Below are positions 52,867 to 53,475 of a stretch of DNA of 53,475 nucleotides, one piece after another. The notes beneath the pieces were generated by a model. It worked only from the letters and a program-made list of their open reading frames with translations. It did no database searches and was not told where the DNA came from. Made by a program: the position numbers and the translations under genes. This DNA is from Pedosphaera sp. (GTDB lineage Bacteria; Verrucomicrobiota; Verrucomicrobiia; Limisphaerales; F1-12-MAGs170), in assembly GCA_009695275.1 (NCBI GenBank), contig SIBF01000004.1:1-53475 (forward strand), written 5' to 3'. Positions within the stretch are counted from its first letter, which is position 1. The number at the start of each line of letters is the position of its first letter.

Positions 52867-52958
52867 CCGGCGGAAACTAAGCAGCGGCTTCGTGAGTTAC
52901 GATGGAAAAATGAGGTTGGCGCTGATTGCCGAAGGCTCTTATCCGAATCCATGCAACA

Positions 52959-53140
52959 GGAGCGCGGAATTCATTCCGCGTGGATCCTGCAAGGCCCCAA
53001 GGGCTGTAGGCTCGACGACATGCCAAGTGATCAAAAACCAGGTCATAGGAAAGTGACCAACGCGAAAAGCAATTTGCCGCGGCCGAAATCTCCGGCCAAA
53101 GTGGGAATTCCACGCGGCTGCGGAATAAATTCCGCGCTCC
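52959..53140. repeat. REP-like doublet, third family (GGAGCGCGGAAT..ATTCCGC)
   Basis: Left arm ggagcgcggaattcattccgcgtgga. Right arm (reverse complement) ggagcgcggaatttattccgcagccgcgtgga. Accounts for the spurious 138-aa ORF at 52877..53293. Confidence 0.7.
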
Positions 53141-53319
53141 TATTGAATTGTTCCGCATGTCCGCTGCGAGGCCTCCCCCAATTGACTTACACTCGGTGAA
53201 GTAATGAAAGACAAGCTGTTTTGACTGGCTGTCCCTTCGAACGATGCTTTCGCCACCGTAAAGCCCATCGTTGATGGAATGAAGGACTCTCACCGCTTTT
53301 CCATTGAGGGCGCGCTCCC

Positions 53320-53347
53320 AACCTTGAACCTTGAACCTTGAACCTTG
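53320..53347. repeat. Tandem heptamer array (AACCTTG x4)
   Basis: Four perfect copies of aaccttg, directly after a gggcgcgctccc REP-head remnant. Confidence 0.85.
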
Positions 53348-53348
53348 A

Positions 53349-53416
53349 GTCGAGTAGGTCTCCGCGCGGAGAGGCGTCAGGTGGGAAAGAGAGCTGACCG
53401 CGGAGACTTACTCGAC
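53349..53416. other. Long hairpin (18-bp stem, 32-nt loop) of unknown function
   Basis: gtcgagtaggtctccgcg ... cgcggagacttactcgac, with one G-T (G-U) position. Adjacent to the heptamer array at the window edge. Confidence 0.6.
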
Positions 53417-53475
53417 TGTTGGACGAAGCCTAGTCGCGGCTCCCTTATGGGAAAAGTAACGTCCGAGGCCGACTG

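Noticed and set aside
52877-53293. 138-aa minus-strand ORF
   Set aside because: It is composed largely of the REP doublet at 52959..53140 read through as protein. It has no motif and no plausible start context.

Overview
GC-rich bacterial chromosome segment with a PVC-superphylum (most likely Verrucomicrobiota) gene signature. It holds three paralogous DUF1549/DUF1553 (PSCyt2/PSD1, CxxCH motif) genes, two of them paired with Tat-signal DUF1501 genes. It also has Tat-signal Gfo/Idh/MocA and TIM-barrel isomerase genes and a giant FtsX permease with its ABC ATPase. Most of the window is housekeeping or envelope metabolism: M32 carboxypeptidase, UvrD/PcrA-type helicase, DAHP synthase, tandem Usp, DHFR, NfeD-flotillin, beta-carbonic-anhydrase-like protein, ZnuA/ZnuB-like metal uptake, Lrp/AsnC regulator, and a CPBP-thiL-tsaE-tsaB-alaS gene string. 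The outstanding feature is alaS (45455..49867, minus strand). It is one uninterrupted 1470-codon ORF with all class II AlaRS motifs, about 540 codons longer than a normal bacterial AlaRS. The excess comes from three in-frame insertions built from REP-like palindromic doublets (REPIN-like). Two of the insertions also carry complete RAYT-type (IS200-like Y1/HUH) transposase modules in the alaS frame, with no stop codons. The two RAYT copies are diverged, and each is flanked by its own REP variant. Related REP doublets sit in two intergenic regions (44049..44193 and 52959..53140). Other repeats of note are a CGCGAA-phased inverted repeat and two heptamer tandem arrays. I found no rRNA, tRNA or CRISPR array. 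All calls rest on reading the sequence and ORF translations; no database search was run.
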